Assembly (NCBI GenBank): GCA_054661495.1
Contig: BAAFSQ010000137.1
Span: forward strand, 1 to 25,979
Reading direction: 5' to 3'
From: Zygophlyctis sp. KS116
Lineage: Eukaryota > Fungi > Chytridiomycota
Length of the DNA stretch: 25,979 nucleotides
The position numbers and the translations under genes were made by a program. Each line of letters begins with the position of its first letter. The stretch's first letter is position 1. The notes beneath the pieces were generated by a model. That model made no database searches and was not told the DNA's origin. It worked only from the letters and a program-made list of their open reading frames with translations. This document shows positions 23,392 through 25,979 of the stretch, piece after piece.

Positions 23392-23466
23392 CAATCACCA
23401 TAATCATAATCACTTCTTAATTAATCACGTTTAATCACTTTTAATCACATTAATCATAATCACCTG
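23392..23466 (-). repeat. DNA-transposon end with TAATCA(C) subterminal repeats
   Basis: TAATCA at 23401, 23407, 23422, 23432, 23442, 23451 and 23457; reads CAGGTGATTAT inward from 23466. Confidence 0.65.
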
Positions 23467-23639
23467 TTAAGCTGCAAACAATTGAAAGTCAATTCAAAAC
23501 AGCTTTTCAATTTTACAAAGACAAGAACAAGATGTCTTTAGAAGTAAACAATACAGCCGTTGCGTTACCTTTGGGAAATTCATCTACAAAGGACTCAAGA
23601 GGTAGTGCAACGTAATTTCTTAATTTAGATATTTCAGTT

Positions 23640-23765
23640 TACAGCCTTTAGATGCTTTATTAGGACCTGAAGCAGTTTTGCATTTTGGAAATCTAAAGAA
23701 TTCGACTTTCCCATTTTGTCTGCTATGGCTCAAAACTATCTAACGGTTCAAGCTTCAAGTGTACA
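23640..23765 (+). mobile_element. hAT dimerisation-domain fragment
   Basis: FPILSAMAQNYLTVQASSV. Confidence 0.75.
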
Positions 23766-23772
23766 TGCACTG

Positions 23773-23840
23773 CAGGGGTTCCGAAAAAATAATTGCGATA
23801 AAAATAATTGCAATAATTATTGCCACAATTATTTTTACTA
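23773..23840 (+). repeat. hAT-like terminus with (A/T)ATTGC subterminal repeats
   Basis: CAGGGGTTCCGAAAAAATAATTGCG followed by repeated aataattgc/attattgc. Confidence 0.7.
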
Positions 23841-24151
23841 AAAAAATTCGCGTCTGCCGCGTCATGGACACTTACGTCACTGATTTTGAGAAAAATAACC
23901 TAAGTTATTTGAAGTAAAAGTTTTAATAACTATGGTTATGTTTCTCAAATTCTGCATCAGCGTAGTTATTAGAACCATTAGTTTGACCCCTTTACCAAAA
24001 GACTTGAAAAATCAAATTGAGGCGAGACAAATGTAAAATCAAATTATTTATGTTTATTAGTTATTAGAAAGATCAAATTAAGACAGAACAGAATTTCCTC
24101 TCTTAACGATGCAGGATCAAAACCGAAGCAGCCTTAGCTCTGCTGTTCCTA

Positions 24152-24490
24152 CCTTTCATCAAGTAAGGGAGTAAAAGCAAGTAAGTGCTGCTTTGTGATT
24201 TCTTTAGCTGAACTAAATACTGCAAAAATTCCAATAAAATGGGTTGAATCTTCTGACCAACCATCAAAAATGATGGCGAATTTCTCAGGCAAATCATCCT
24301 TGATTCGATTCTCTACTTGTAGAACTAATAACTCCATATACTTCATGAGAGTTTCAACACTGATTGGCTTTAATTTTGTATACTTTTTTGTGCATTCATC
24401 TTCGCAGAAACTGAATGGCAAATTTTTTGCTACAATCCAATCAATCCATCCATATATGTTACTCGATTTGGAATCAATAAATGAGGTTAG
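24152..24490 (-). mobile_element. hAT transposase fragment with the first catalytic Asp
   Basis: IYGWIDWIVAKNLPFSFCED...KPISVETLMKYM...FAIIFDGWS...LLAFTPLLDE. Confidence 0.85.
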
Positions 24491-24642
24491 TACTAACCCT
24501 AAGAATTTTGAAAAATAAATAATTAGAGATTATTAACTATACGCTTAGGTGGTGTCAGACGCGTCCATGGAGCCACCCCTTGACTCGGTGAATAAAACCC
24601 TTAAAGCAAACTCGCGTCAACTTCGTATCTTTTTCAAGTCCA

Positions 24643-25979
24643 ATGTCTTTTACTAGTGGACCGTATGCTACTCAGGCTCAAATAGTGCTGCGTACAGATC
24701 AGGAATTTCAAAGAAAAAATACTTCTTTAGCTTATTACCCAAAAATGAAGGAATTTAAAGAGTTTTGTCACTATGAATATACAAATAGTGAACACCCAAC
24801 TATTGTAACTGAAGAAAGAACTTTTGCCTTTCTCTTCTACCAGGCTTTTAGAAATCTTCGGACTCGTGGTGGTGGTAAAAAGAAGCAGAATGATCAATTT
24901 GATCCACAAGACTACGAACGCATAAAGAGAGAAGAAAACCCACAGGGGAGTACCTCGTATGAAGTAGTAAATAGTTATTTATGCGCTGTTCTGAAACTTC
25001 ATGCATCCCAAAGAGACAATAATTGTAATAATCTTTCAAAAGAGCAGATACGCTCTGAAAGAGTCACCCGTTTGCTAGCTATGGTCAAAAACAGAAAAAA
25101 GAGGATAAAAAAGGCAACATATGCAGAGAAACTTGATTCAGAATTCACTCCTTATTTTTTAGTTCGAAAAGTTCCTGATATTGAAAAGGCAATCTTTTTT
25201 AAAAACTTTAAAACCATGGCGTTTTGTCAATCGTCACTTCGGGATCGCTTTTTCTTTTTGTTGACTCATCAAGGTAAGAGGTGAATCACTAACTCATCAA
25301 GGAATATTAAGAGGTGAATCACTAATACAATGTGAATTGTCGGATCTTTGCGATATTGTTCTTGAAGACGAAGGTCCTACCCCATGCCAAATTTTAGTAA
25401 TGCAAGTTGCTACTGGGAAAACTAATTCAACAAAAACAATATATGGCCGTGTCATGCGACACAAAAAACCAGAATTGTGTCCGATTGGAGCTCTTGGACT
25501 CTATCTGATTTCCAGGTTTCATGTAGCTGGAGAAATATTGGACTTTTCAAGCAATCACAAGTGGTTTTCGGTGAAGCTTTTGGTGGAACATGGATCGGTA
25601 AACACGGAGAAGGGGATCCGTGATCAAAGTTATGCAAAAACGATCAAAGAAGTTTGCAAGGAATTAGAACTCCCGTCTAAACATTTTATACATATTGGTA
25701 GGTCAGTGGGTTCTGTAACGGCTGAGTATCAAGAAATCCCAGGTGATGCAATAAAAAATTTGGGTAATTTCAACAACTAAATCTAAAGGGAACTGGAATC
25801 CTGATTGTAGAGAAGATCGTTATTCGGCAAAACTACCCTTGCGTCCCTTGAGAATGATGGGGGGCCATATGGAGCAAAAAGGCCTTTTTTATATCAGTAG
25901 AGCTGAAATAGACCCGCCTCAAAGTCTGCAAAGAATGATTTTTCCTTTTATTGAAGAAGCGCAAGAAACAATTAATGTG
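24643..25979 (+). CDS. Crypton-type tyrosine recombinase (Ndc10/CBF2-like DNA-binding domain); predicted exons 24643-25273, 25302-25763, 25789->25979; runs off the window
   Basis: Splicing two GT-AG micro-introns (28 and 25 nt) gives one open frame with the recombinase residues R (ILRGES), K (TGKTN), HxxR (HIGR), W (LGNWN) and Y (DRYS), plus RHKKPELCPIGAL and PPQSLQRMIFPFIE. Confidence 0.88.

Noticed and set aside
1271-25637. Short antisense or alternate-frame ORFs (e.g. 1271..1555, 2271..2459, 17630..17932, 24195..24518, 24727..24909, 25452..25637)
   Set aside because: They are shadows of TE coding sequence on the other strand or frame, with no motifs.
24643-25979. True kinetochore gene NDC10/CBF2
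   Set aside because: It shares the domain but keeps all recombinase catalytic residues and sits among TEs, so Crypton is the simpler call. No gene symbol assigned.

Overview
AT-rich (roughly one-third GC by eye) eukaryotic DNA made almost entirely of nested, heavily deleted transposon fragments: a Helitron-type PIF1 helicase/DUF6570 element, several Ty1/copia pieces (two from the same family), two Ty3/gypsy pieces, a LINE RT/RNase H remnant, a MULE fragment and several hAT pieces. At the right end is an apparently intact Crypton tyrosine-recombinase gene, and there is one degenerate C2H2 zinc-finger + PIN-domain ORF. No housekeeping gene, rRNA, tRNA or CRISPR array is visible. Three things stand out. 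(1) One or two copies of the telomeric repeat TTAGGG/CCCTAA recur at breakpoints between fragments, three times as head-to-head GGTTAG...CTAACC pairs, suggesting telomerase-assisted break repair or selection for telomere-protein sites. (2) There are tiny 25-31 nt GT-AG introns, and one of them, in the Crypton gene, is built entirely from a local tandem duplication of exon sequence. (3) Short recent duplications of already-degraded sequence are present. The TTAGGG repeats and tiny introns would fit an early-diverging fungal-type genome, but the host cannot be named from this window. All family calls come from motif recognition by eye, not from database searches, and many fragment boundaries are approximate.
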